DNA of 63,983 nt, the filler included, from Octopus bimaculoides (taxonomy: Eukaryota): NCBI RefSeq assembly GCF_001194135.2. It is 8 parts of 6 records of this genome, joined end to end, with 100 filler letters (N's around TTAATTAATTAA, not from the genome) between each part and the next. Parts side by side here need not be neighbours in the genome. Positions count along the whole stretch, not along the records: positions 37,296 to 46,888 come from NC_068995.1; positions 46,989 to 57,673 come from NC_068986.1; 6 more parts are not named here. One strand, written 5' to 3'. The position numbers and the translations under genes were made by a program. Positions 39,223-51,110 of this stretch are shown piece by piece; positions within the stretch are counted from its first letter, which is position 1; each line of letters begins with the position of its first letter. The notes below the pieces were generated by a model, which saw only the letters and a program-made list of their open reading frames with translations, was not told the origin of the DNA and did no database searches.

Positions 39223-40275
39223 TATCAAATTATATCTTTTGTGTATTTCTCAAGCAATAGTTGAATTAAATTGAAATGTTATTCTAAACATAGCATTGTT
39301 TTTTTCCTTATTAACTGGTCATGTTCTAGTAATGTATAACACAAATAGTACTTTATTTTCTTTAGTATTTGCTTTCTTTATTTGAGCAAAGCAGAATTGC
39401 AGTATCTTAAGGGAACCATATTCATTACAAAGCTGGATGTACTTCTATTCCCATTTCACTATGTTAGGCAATAGTCTGAAGGATATGTTACCTAACAGGC
39501 AATCCTTCTCTGCTCACACTGAACTAGTCACCATACCTAAGAACAAATATTTTTACCATTCAATACTTTTGAATAAGTTTATAAGTACTGTAAAATCTGA
39601 CTGTAAAAACAATCTGTAATAGTTATGACAATTCTCAGCTCATCCAACTGTGTAGCTTTCAGAAACATCTTTCTTTTCTTGCTTATTGAACAATACTCAT
39701 TTTCTTTCTTTTTCTTCTTTTAATACTAAATTATAAAACACTAATTTGCATTAGTTGACAAATTCCTCTGACAAGACAGATTCTGATTGATTCAAATTCA
39801 GCCTAAGAACTATAAAAATCTGGTAGTTCCATACATCTCTATTAATATCATGTTACAATTAAGATGTTTCATTTACTACTGAAGTAATTCTCAGTCTTAC
39901 ATTTGGGTTAACACTACTGTTGTGCCATATGTACATGTTATAGTGACTGTTGTATTTCCTGTGTAATGTAAATCTGTTATCAAATTTTCAGTTAAGAATG
40001 AGCCCAACCTCCAGTATCAGAATAATTTCCTACTAAGACTTTAGCTTATGTATTTGCCTTATTATCAGTCTATCAAAGCACCTTGCTTCCTGTACACATC
40101 TGTCAATTTTCCTGATTTTTTTTTCTTTCTATGAACCTTCTATTAATTGTTTTCATGCATACATTATCTTTCCTCTGCTCAAATAATTGATAAGTTATTG
40201 GTATTGATGGAATTGGTTGACTGCAAATGGTTATACAAGTTAATGTAACAAATTGTATTACTCCTGTTTATGCAG

Positions 40276-40313
40276 GACTTATTAGTATACTTTCAAAACT
40301 CAATTGAGAAAAG
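40276..40313 (+). CDS. Candidate exon (38 nt)
   Basis: TTTATGCAG acceptor, GTGAGA donor; only frame 0 is open (DLLVYFQNSIEK). Confidence 0.22.
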
Positions 40314-40645
40314 GTGAGATGTAGAGATATACACACAAAATGATATTAAAATGGTAAGAAGTCATAGGCTTTGTCACAACAAAGCTCACATTAACCACTC
40401 TATCTGAACTCTCAGTAGGAAATCAAAGATTATAAATTCCAGAATTTATCCAAAAATGTAAAAAAAAAAAAAATATTGCTGATGAATGGTTATGATATCA
40501 GTCATACAAACAACTAGCATGAGACTTTGAAGCATTATGGCTGATGGCTTGGTTATTTACAAAATGCTATATTGTGAATGTTTTATTTTTTCCACTGCTT
40601 ATTTTATTTGTATTTTCCACATATTTTCAAAAATATTTATTATAG

Positions 40646-40705
40646 GATTTCAAAATTCACTCTTATGGTTTTAAGATGGTTGGAAACAATGAAAAAATTA
40701 TTCAG
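40646..40705 (+). CDS. Candidate exon (60 nt, or 30 nt from an alternative acceptor at 40676)
   Basis: TTTATTATAG acceptor, CAG|GTAAGC donor; open in the phase left by the 40276 exon (RISKFTLMVLRWLETMKKLF). Confidence 0.22.
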
Positions 40706-41839
40706 GTAAGCCTTTGAAAAAGTTCAGTAAATATAACTGAACTTTTCTTATCTTCAGAAGATTAAATAAATATCACAAAAGTAATTTGAAAATGTCTCAT
40801 TATTAATACTTAGATAAAATGCCTTCTAGTATATAGCTATGACCCTTTTTATGTTATAAGTTCAAATCCTTTGCCTTTCATTCTTCCAAAGTACTAGTCA
40901 AATACAATACAGAGATTGATACAATTGAATGTCCCATCCTTCAAGTTTGAGGTCTTGTGCCTATGCAAAGAATAATAATAATTTCAAATTTTGGCGCAAA
41001 GCTAGCAGTTTCAGGGGAAGGGATAAGTCAATTATCTCAACCCCAGTGCTCAACTGCCACTTATTTTATTCTTTTCTACTCTAGGCACAAGGCCCCCAAT
41101 TTTTTTTTGGGGGGGGGGGGTAGTTGAATAGATTGATCCCCAGTACACAACTGGTACTTAATTTATTGACCCCCAAAGAGATGAAAGGCAAAGTAGACCT
41201 CAACGGAATTTAAACTCAGAATGTAAAGACAGATGAAATACTACTAAGCATTTCACCTGGTGTGCTAATGTTTCTGCCTGCTTGCCATCTTTGGTACTTA
41301 TTTTATTGACCCTAAAAGGGTGAAAAAGGCAAAGTCAACCTCAGTGGAATTTGAACTCAGAATGTAGAGATAGAAAAAATGCTGCTACACATTCTTCCTG
41401 GTGCAGTAACGATTTTGCCAGCTTGCTACCTTCTTAATCTTATAATAATTTTGTTTGTTTCTCCATTACTTAGCCTGCCTATAATGCTTTCACATGATTA
41501 GTTGACGGGAAAGGCAAAGAATGAGAGAAAAAAAGGGAGAGAGATAAAGAGGGTAAGGTGAGGAGTGAGAAAGAAAGAGGGAGAAAGAAAAAGAGGGAAA
41601 GGGAAGCATCCATGACATGAGGTGAGAGAACGTAATATTTATTATGTAGTTAAAAAGTTAGTTGAAAGTAGTGATATAGAGGAGAGTTAGAAATATAATT
41701 TTAGCAGAGGGGTGATCTTCTGATGGTGAGGTTAAAGAAAGGCAGAGAGTTGGTGGTGGTGAGAGGATAGAGAAAAGTGTAATGTTTTTTATGTCTACAA
41801 TGTGACGCTGGTAGTGATTTAGAAGTATATAATATCGTG

Positions 41840-42702
41840 GTATGCATAGCTACTTCTGCATTGCTGAAGACTAATTGTTGTCAGGCTGCTCTTGAGCGCT
41901 ACTGGTAACATGTAACCCAGTACAACCTGCCGCATGGTTGGGTCGTTGGCAACTAAACTGGCAACCCCATCAAGCTTGCTTGGTGAGGAGGTTGATTGTT
42001 GAACACCCTGCAGGATGAAAAAATAAGACTCGTCAAAGGGCAGAAGAACGATTGTGTAGACAATGGCCAATTCAACAAGTGCCTTGTTGCAGTGAAGTGC
42101 CTGTGTGCTCCATTGACCCAGAGAGCTATGCTGGAGGGAGAGAAATCTTCCGGCAGGTTTTACCAGGCCAGACAGGTTGAAGGGTAGGAGACAGACAAAA
42201 CCTTAACGACAATAAATTGAAACGTCGGCAGCAGGGAGTGAGTTTAGTTATCGGCAGGACCTAGCAGATCAGATGCCTGGCTTTGAACTAGCAGCATGTT
42301 ATGCAGAGGATCTTGAATACAAGACAATAGATGAGTCCCTAATATTCCTAGTTAGATGGAAACTGCGGGACCACATGGAGCAGCGCCCTGTGACTGCTAT
42401 AGTATGTGCAACCGAAACCCCTGAAAAGGGGTATCCTATGGGACAATCTAGATGAGATAATTGTTGCCTTAATAATAATAATAATATTGATTTCAAATTT
42501 TGGCACAAAGCCAGCAATTTTGGGGAGGGAGTAAGTCAATTACATTGACCCCAGTCCTCAAGTGGTACTTATTTTGTTGACTCCAAAAGGATGAAAGGCA
42601 AAGTTTACCTCAGTGGAATTTTAAATCAGAATGTAAAGATGGGCAATATGCTGCTAAGTATTTTGCCTGGTGTGCTAACAATTCTACCAGCTTGCCACCT
42701 TC

Positions 42703-42737
<35 letters not shown>

Positions 42738-44650
42738 AGCTTCTAATTTATCTGCTCTCCACCTCCAAAAGTTGCATGTCTACAAAAGCTTTACAGGACT
42801 AAACAGCTGCTACAATCTGTGTTGACACAATGAAAGGTAAGTCTGGTGAGATTGTTGAAATACTTGAGCAGAGGCATGTTGATGTGTGCTGTCTACAAGA
42901 GGTACAGTGGAGGAGAACCTCAGCTAGACTACTTGCAGGTAAGAGAAATAGATACAAGTTCTTTTGAGTAGGCATCAATGATGGGTTAGGTGGCATAGGT
43001 ATTCTTTTGGCAGAGAAATGGGTGAATAAGGTAATTGAGGTAGTCAGGGTGTGTAACAGGACTTAATGTAGCAGTGTCATTTATCTCTGCATATGCTACA
43101 CATCAGATTTGCAGATACTTCTATGAATCCCTTCACCAAACTACCTCAGTGATGGAAGACAAGGACATTTTCATCATGGTTGGGGACTTCAGTGGCCATG
43201 TTGGAAAATACTCTGATGATTTTCATGGTGTGCATGGAGGTGATGGCTTTGTCTTCAGAAATGAGGAAGCTGCTGGAGTTCTGTGACACAAATGACTTAA
43301 TGGTTTGCAACACCAACTTCAAGAAACCTGCCAGCCTTATCAAGTTTGTGGGTACACTAGCTAGATTGAATAAATCCTCACCAGAAACGGATAGGAATAT
43401 GTTCATGAATGTTCCCAGTTGAAGAATGTACAACTCAACATAAGTTAGTAGTTAGGGACTTTAGACTTAAGGCTAGAAGGATCCTGAGACACAGACCAAT
43501 ACAGAAAAAGAAGCTATGGAAGCTCAAGGATCCTTCAAATGGACAGAGATTTAGAGATGCCCTAAATGAAGATTTTGATGAGTAGAAGTCAGAGATGGAG
43601 ACATACAACATAGAGAGGAGTTCTTTCAGGAACAATCTACTGAGGGCAACAGATTAAATCTGTGATTTGAGTGAAACTTCTGCCAGACCAAAGGTGACAT
43701 AGTGGTGGAACAGTCAGGTCAACAGGTCTATAAAAGAAGAGTGGAAGAGTGGGGGTAGCAAAGAACCATATCAGATAACTAAAAGAGATGCTAAGCATCA
43801 GGCGTATCTAGCTAGGGCCAAAGCAGAAAGGAAGAGGTTTGCCAATGTCTTACCACATGAAGATCAAAGTTTTGAGTTGTTCTTGTTTGCTAGACAATGT
43901 GTTAGCGAAAACCAAGATATTGTAGGAGAGAAGTGCGTACGAACAGATAATGGTATACTTGCTCTTAGTAATCCTGAAATGAAAGAGACGTAGATGAGCT
44001 ACTACGAAAGACTATTAGATGTGGAGAATGAATGGGAGAAAGGCAGTCTTCGTCATTTGAACCCAACATAGGAACCAGAGCAGAACGAAACTGGTATACT
44101 CCATTGGATGTGCAATGTCAGTGCACATGTGCGACAAGAAGTCAGGCAGTGTGCAAAAGAGGAAACTGCACTGGTTTGGTCATATGTGGATGGATGAGGA
44201 TAGTTGCATAAAGAAGTGCTAATCTCTTAAAGTGGACGGAATTTGTAGAAGTGGGAAGCTGAGGGAGACATGGGACAAAGTTTGAAGATCAATGTCAAAA
44301 TGCTGAGCCTTGCAAAGGAGATGAGAGAAGACTAAGATATGTGGTTTATTGCTGTACTCAGGAAGACCTGCCCACTAAGACAGAATTGATATCCTAAAAC
44401 AAAGGTGCCTTGTAAAAAACATTTGTATGGCTGCTGGTACCATGTAAAACGCATTGGTGCTGGTGCCACATAAAAAGCACTCAGTACACTTGGTAAAGTC
44501 GTTGGCATTAGGAAGGGCATCCAGCTGTTGAAACCAAGCCAAAACAGACTATGGAACCTGGTGTGGTCCTTGACCTTGCCAGTTCCTGTCAAGCTGTTCA
44601 ACCCATCTCAAAACAGAAAACATACATTAAATGTTGATATTGATGATGAT
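41840..44650 (+). mobile_element. RTE-clade LINE, decayed, RT core apparently deleted
   Basis: APE motifs VDVCCLQEV, ISAYA, VGDFSGHVG, LLEFCDTNDLMVCNT; C-terminal LHWFGH; 3' UTR with AGGAAGGGCATCCAGC and a (GAT)n tail. A SINE-C is nested at 42487-42702. Confidence 0.85.
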
Positions 44651-45184
44651 GAACTGGGCACTTTGGCCAATTTCCTCCCGAAGACATTCTCACCACTCTT
44701 CCATATCTCTTTACCAGTGACACCTCCATCACCTGCCTAAGTATTATATTCTGCTGTTGTAATTAAATGTGAACTGAATGAAATACTTCACCATCTTTCC
44801 CTGTCACTACTTATCCTTCCTACTCTAGAACCATTTCACTTGACATCTATCCTTCATTCTTAATATTATCCCTCTCCACCTACATTTTGCATTGATCAAT
44901 CTTCAGTGTCACAAGATTTGCTCTCCTCCTCCAATGCCATACATCTCTCACTTTCCTCATGCACTTTGCTTGCCTCTCCTCTCATACTCTTGCAACCTAC
45001 ACTTTCTACTTTATTATTATTACTATCTTGCTACTTTTCAATCCTTTCAGTACTGCCAATCATCTCCTACTTTTCCCTACCTCACCTACTTCATATATCA
45101 CTGGTCACCTCCACTCCTTATTCACCATTCACAACATCTACCTCTCAATCCTACCCAATTTCTACCGTCATCACTTTTACCTAC

Positions 45185-46888
45185 TGTTATATGGACTGTT
45201 GGATATGTTATTCGTCTGACGTTCCGTGTGTCACTGTGGTTCGTCGGAGTTCATTGTTTCATTGTTGTTGTTCTGATTGACTGGAGTAGTAAAATGTCAT
45301 TGATATATATGGCGGACATGACTCTTGTTTTATTAACATCGAACTTTCGGTGAGTGTGTTCTTTGTATGTAATTGAATAATAAATGTAATAATTAAATTG
45401 TACAACTCGTCTTTTCTCTGCGAGTCTCCCGAGAGGAATACAACAGAGTTTATTGGCGTCGCCGGTAGGATACATGCTTACTTTACCGTAAAATTATTCA
45501 TCGTAATAACAATGGCTGAAAAACAGACAGTAGAACTTATTAAATTGTTTAGGGAACAAATGGACAAGCAAATGCAACAACATAAGAGAGATATGGACAC
45601 TCTGTTAAAACTGTTTGGTGCTCAACAAGTTGAAGGCGATCCTNNNNNNNNNNNNNNNNNNNNNNNNNNNNNNNNNNNNNNNNNNNNNNNNNNNNNNNNN
45701 NNNNNNNNNNNNNNNNNNNNNNNNNNNNNNNNNNNNNNNNNNNNNNNNNNNNNNNNNNNNNNNNNNNNNNNNNNNNNNNNNNNNNNNNNNNNNNNNNNNN
45801 NNNNNNNNNNNNNNNNNNNNNNNNNNNNNNNNNNNNNNNNNNNNNNNNNNNNNNNNNNNNNNNNNNNNNNNNNNNNNNNNNNNNNNNNNNNNNNNNNNNN
45901 NNNNNNNNNNNNNNNNNNNNNNNNNNNNNNNNNNNNNNNNNNNNNNNNNNNNNNNNNNNNNNNNNNNNNNNNNNNNNNNNNNNNNNNNNNNNNNNNNNNN
46001 NNNNNNNNNNNNNNNNNNNNNNNNNNNNNNNNNNNNNNNNNNNNNNNNNNNNNNNNNNNNNNNNNNNNNNNNNNNNNNNNNNNNNNNNNNNNNNNNNNNN
46101 NNNNNNNNNNNNNNNNNNNNNNNNNNNNNNNNNNNNNNNNNNNNNNNNNNNNNNNNNNNNNNNNNNNNNNNNNNNNNNNNNNNNNNNNNNNNNNNNNNNN
46201 NNNNNNNNNNNNNNNNNNNNNNNNNNNNNNNNNNNNNNNNNNNNGCGGTGTGTAGGAAAAAACATCATCAGCAACGCAATGGCTACTCACAAACTCCCGT
46301 GAAAAGAATCACAAAAGCTGAGCTAGTCAAGGCGATCCTAGGTGAAGTTTCCCGAGACACTCACAGTTTGATTGTGCCAATAACAATCCAGTTCAATGAA
46401 TACAGAACGCCAGTGGTACCAATTCGTAAAGCACACGCTTCAAGCAACCTGAAGCCCAAACTACGGATTTGTGGTGACTAGTCTGTGGGAATTAATGACC
46501 AACTTGCTGATCACCGTCATCCAATGCCACTCCCTGCTGAACTGATGCAGAAACTCTGAGGTGGATTTGGATATACAAAGATAGACCTTGCAGATCAGTC
46601 TGGCTCCAGAGAGTCAACGCAGACTCGCACTTAGCACTCACCGTGGAGTACTCCTGCAACAACGACTCCCTTTCGGAATCAAGTCAGCACCTGGTTACTT
46701 TCAGCAGATCATGGAAAACCTGACCCATGACCTACCTGGAGTGGCCGTCTTCCAGGATGACATACTCGTCAGTGGGAAAGATGCAAACAGTCACCTAAAC
46801 AACCTAAAGTGTCTGCTCACACGTCTAAGCGACAATAGACTCAGATGTCGCCGTGAAAAGTGCCAGTTTGCACTACCCAGTGTAGAAT
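45185..46888 (+). mobile_element. Ty3/Gypsy LTR retrotransposon fragment (5' LTR, PBS, gag start, RT)
   Basis: LTR TGTT...AACA (about 45185-45445; alternative start 45197), PBS TGGCGTCGCCGGTAGGA (45454), gag ATG at 45512, RT motifs LRICGD, KIDLAD, RLPFGIKSAPGYFQQ, FQDD, EKCQF. Confidence 0.88.
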
Positions 46889-46988
46889 NNNNNNNNNNNN
46901 NNNNNNNNNNNNNNNNNNNNNNNNNNNNNNNNTTAATTAATTAANNNNNNNNNNNNNNNNNNNNNNNNNNNNNNNNNNNNNNNNNNNN

Positions 46989-47774
46989 CAATACAGTAAA
47001 CATAAGAGCACCACAGCAAACCACAGTACATACCCAAGGCGCACAGAGCTGCGCTCGGTAGTGAAGTGAAAGCACGTTATAAAAATAAAACTACTGAACA
47101 ATGATAATAATAATAATAATAATAATCTGGAAACGCTACTACAGACGGCACATCGATTTACCAAAGAAATAAATATGAAATTTGGATTTAAAAAATGTGC
47201 CAAAGCAACCTTGAAAAGAGGAAAACTAGTTAAGAGTAGCAACATCACCTTAGACAAAGCAAATGAAATAAGAGAATTAGACCAAAGCCAGATATACAAA
47301 TATTTAGGAATCAATTAAATAGATACGATATAACACACACAAATGAAAGCGAAAATAAAGAAAGCGTACTATAGACGAGTTAGATCAATACTGAAAACAG
47401 AGCTCAATGCTAAAACAAAATAATAGGTATTAACACTCTAGCCGTCCCAGTTATAAGCTACAGCTACAATATCCTTAACTAGACACTAAATGAACTAACG
47501 AAAATAGACAGGAAAACAAGAAAAATAATGACAGGATCTAGGATGCACCAACCAAAATCTGACATAGAAAGGCTATATATACAAAGTATAGAAGGTGGTA
47601 GAGGCCTAATACTGCTGGAAAACTATTATAAAATAACCACCATAGGACTGCAAAAATACCTACTTCAGAAGCAAGGAAAACTAATACAAATAGCCACAAA
47701 ACACGAGCAAAACAAAAAACTGTTTTCCGTATTTAAGGAAGCTGACATATTCAAACACGAAGTCATACTACCTA
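46989..47774 (+). mobile_element. Dong/R4-like: 3' end of one copy, then (AAT)n, then the RT C-terminal half of another
   Basis: 3' UTR ...ACTACTGAAC(AAT)n, followed by NLETLLQ..MKFGFKKCA..YKYLG..NTLAVPVISYS..PKSDIERLY..GGRGL. Confidence 0.85.
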
Positions 47775-48037
47775 NNNNNNNNNNNNNNNNNNNNNNNNNN
47801 NNNNNNNNNNNNNNNNNNNNNNNNNNNNNNNNNNNNNNNNNNNNNNNNNNNNNNNNNNNNNNNNNNNNNNNNNNNNNNNNNNNNNNNNNNNNNNNNNNNN
47901 NNNNNNNNNNNNNNNNNNNNNNNNNNNNNNNNNNNNNNNNNNNNNNNNNNNNNNNNNNNNNNNNNNNNNNNNNNNNNNNNNNNNNNNNNNNNNNNNNNNN
48001 NNNNNNNNNNNNNNNNNNNNNNNNNNNNNNNNNNNAG

Positions 48038-48287
48038 TCAAGAGTAGTAACATCACACTACATAAAGCGAATGAAATAAGAGAACTAGACCAAAGCCATA
48101 CATACAAATATTTAGGAATCAATGAACTAGATACGATACAACAAACACATATGAAAGAGAAGATAAGAAAAGAATACTATAGACGAGTTAGATCAATACT
48201 GAAAACAGACAGGTATGTCCACTGACTGTTGTGCGGTAAAACAAATCTCGAGAGAGCCGAACAATGATATGAACACGAGCCAGAAAG

Positions 48288-48380
<93 letters not shown>

Positions 48381-48450
48381 GAGCCGATGCCAAACAAATT
48401 GAGAAACTTGAGTAATATCAGGATCTCGCCAGAGAACTAAAGAGAGTGAT
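48038..48450 (+). mobile_element. Dong/R4-like fragments separated by (AAT)n
   Basis: 48038-48210 is a diverged paralogue of about 47230-47400. After the (AAT)n run it reads KQIEKLE*YQDLARELKR (RLE region). Confidence 0.75.
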
Positions 48451-48552
48451 GTCGTTGTCACATATTTCCTTGAAACTTTTGTTCAAATTTCCAATATTGT
48501 TATTGTTGCTCTTATCGACATATTTTTTTTTCAACTTTTCTACCTTAGACCG

Positions 48553-48625
<73 letters not shown>

Positions 48626-49265
48626 GTTGATAGTGGTGATGGTAGTGGTGGTGTCGTATTTTGTAGTTGTTTTCGTTGTTTCTGCCGCAGCGGGTTGGTG
48701 TTGTTTCTACTGTTATTCTTCGTGTTATTCTTGTTGTTCATGGCAGTGCCGCTTTTAACCTTACAGCTGTATAGTACCATAGCATTTTTATAGAAGTTTA
48801 AGTTCAAGATATTTTTATAAATTTCTCCGAACAATCTTCGGATAAAACCACTTTTTCAAATTGACAAGCAAAATTCTCAAGAGAGACGACAGACAGCATT
48901 TTTGCCACCGCTACTACGGCTGTTATGTCTGCTTATCATAATTCCTCCCTCTCCATATGTCAAAACTTGTTGACATTTATAATAGAAAAAACAAAAAACA
49001 AAAAAAAAACAGTTGTCCGCTAGCAGCAGACAACAAGGAAAATATCTCTGTTATCGAATGCCAGATTAAGCAAGTAGCAAAAAGCTGACTATAAGCCCCG
49101 CGTTTTCAGATTCCCCGCTAAATGCTATATTACTAGACCACTTTTAGAGTTTATGAACAACTGGTGAGGGTAGAGGGATTAAGCTTGATCCGGAATTTGA
49201 AACATTTCCGTGATTGAGAACTCTTGAAATTTAATTTTCATCACCCGTCAATTCCAATTCGTTGT

Positions 49266-49314
<49 letters not shown>

Positions 49315-49336
49315 GGATGATGATGATGATGATGAC

Positions 49337-49379
<43 letters not shown>

Positions 49380-49381
<2 letters not shown>

Positions 49382-50170
49382 AAACTACTAGAAAATAACA
49401 TTTGGACTAGCAAAGTACTTAGAAACAAAGATAGGAAGACTACTGCACGTAGTAAAGTAACATGAGAAGAAAAAAAAACGCTTGTCTCTATACACATGTA
49501 GGTCACAATATACAAAACAGAAGCAAACTACACTGACACACTGACCTCAGATGACAACATAGCAGAAATAGTCAAAGAGAGAGAAAAAAGACATGGAAGC
49601 TGAATTACAAAAGATACTGAAGAAGAAATGGAGAGAAAAATCACTTCACGGTCAGTAACCTGCAAAACTTGACAGAGTGGAAGTAAGCCTAAGTAAAAGC
49701 CAACAGTAGCTGAAAAGCTCTGGACTAAAAGCCGAAATGGAAGGACTGATTCTCGCTGCACAAGACCAATGCCTGATTACAAACAAGGAAAAAATTAAAC
49801 ACAATACCGAGAAGAGTTCGCACACTCCCAACACCAGAAAAGAACATACAACGCTGCACACTCCTCAGCGAGATGGAGGCGCAGTGGGTGATGCAGTAGA
49901 AATTTGCCCCAATCTATCGAATATTGAACAGTTATATGATAATAATGATGATAAAAACAACAACAAGCGGAAAAGAGCGAATAGCATGGTAGCTTAAGCT
50001 GTATGTAGTAAGCCCGCTACGCATGCAAGACTCTTGTGATAGAGATAATACTATTGCGTAAGTGCTGTCTGTCTGAGGTCCTTGTGACTTGACAAACAGT
50101 ACAAACCCAGGGTAGACACAATATCTTCAATCAACAACCTCACGATATTGTATACTGTGCGACGTCTATA
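49380..50170 (+). mobile_element. Dong/R4-like fragments ending in (AAT)n
   Basis: KWREKSLHGQ*...LKSSGLKAEMEGLILAAQDQCL, and a second putative 3' end before the (AAT)n at 50168. Confidence 0.7.
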
Positions 50171-50281
50171 ATAATAATAATAATAATGATAATAATAATA
50201 ATAATAATAATAATGATTATGATGATGATGACGATGATGATGATGAGGATGATGATGTTGGTGATGATGATGATGCTACGG

Positions 50282-50505
50282 CAGAACCATCAGCCACCTT
50301 TTATATATGGATGACTTAAACTATACGCTACAGAAAATTATATGGATGACCTAAAACTATACATACAGATAATTGCACTACCGGGCACTGCACACATTCT
50401 ACGCAAAACACTTTCAATACAGTAAACATAAGAGCACCACAGCAAACCACAGCATATACCCAAGGCACGCTTTAAAAATAAAACTACTGAATAATGATAA
50501 TAATA
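50282..50505 (+). mobile_element. Internally deleted Dong-like mini-element
   Basis: TISHLLYMDDL...YMDDLKLY is fused in frame to IQIIALPGTAHILRKTLSIQ* (stop 50423-50425). The 3' UTR matches 46989-47110. Confidence 0.8.
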
Positions 50506-50559
50506 AATGACCTGATGCAATACTAGGTAGTGATTCTCATGGTTTCTGATTTTAATTGA

Positions 50560-51066
50560 TTGGAGCTGTTATGTACACGTTTTATCTTGGTATAAAAGAC
50601 AGGCTACAGCAAATATTCTGCTCAATACCACAAATTTGTTTGTCAGTTGTGTGAGCTTTTCCAGTTGACCAATGTTTCTTGGTGGCTGATGATATGTGCA
50701 TCTATGTTCACAAACAGAAGTAATGGAGGAATATCAGCCATGTGTTGGGCGGAATTCTTTGGGGTTTGAATAATTCACCCCTGAAAACATTGTGTTTCTT
50801 TCAACCTTAAACAAGCCTGCTGCATAGACCTTTTGAGTGGGTTAGGCTACTCGACATGATGAAAATCCTAACTAGGCCTCATTTGAAAGGTCATGCGCTG
50901 TTTATCTTGATATGAGATGACCATGTCACCTACATATGGTTGTGGTGTATGTGCCTGGTGTACTCTTATCACATGCATGGGTAATCATAATGGGTATACT
51001 GGGCTTCGTATATTTGTACCCAATGTCATTTTGATGGCATACGCTGCTCTCTCACTCAATAATAAC

Positions 51067-51098
<32 letters not shown>

Positions 51099-51110
51099 TA
51101 ATAATAATGT
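50560..51110 (+). mobile_element. Family E repeat, longest copy, with an (AAT)n tail
   Basis: Matches 1983-2176 and ends CTCTCACTC(AAT)n, consistent with a non-LTR 3' end. Confidence 0.65.
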
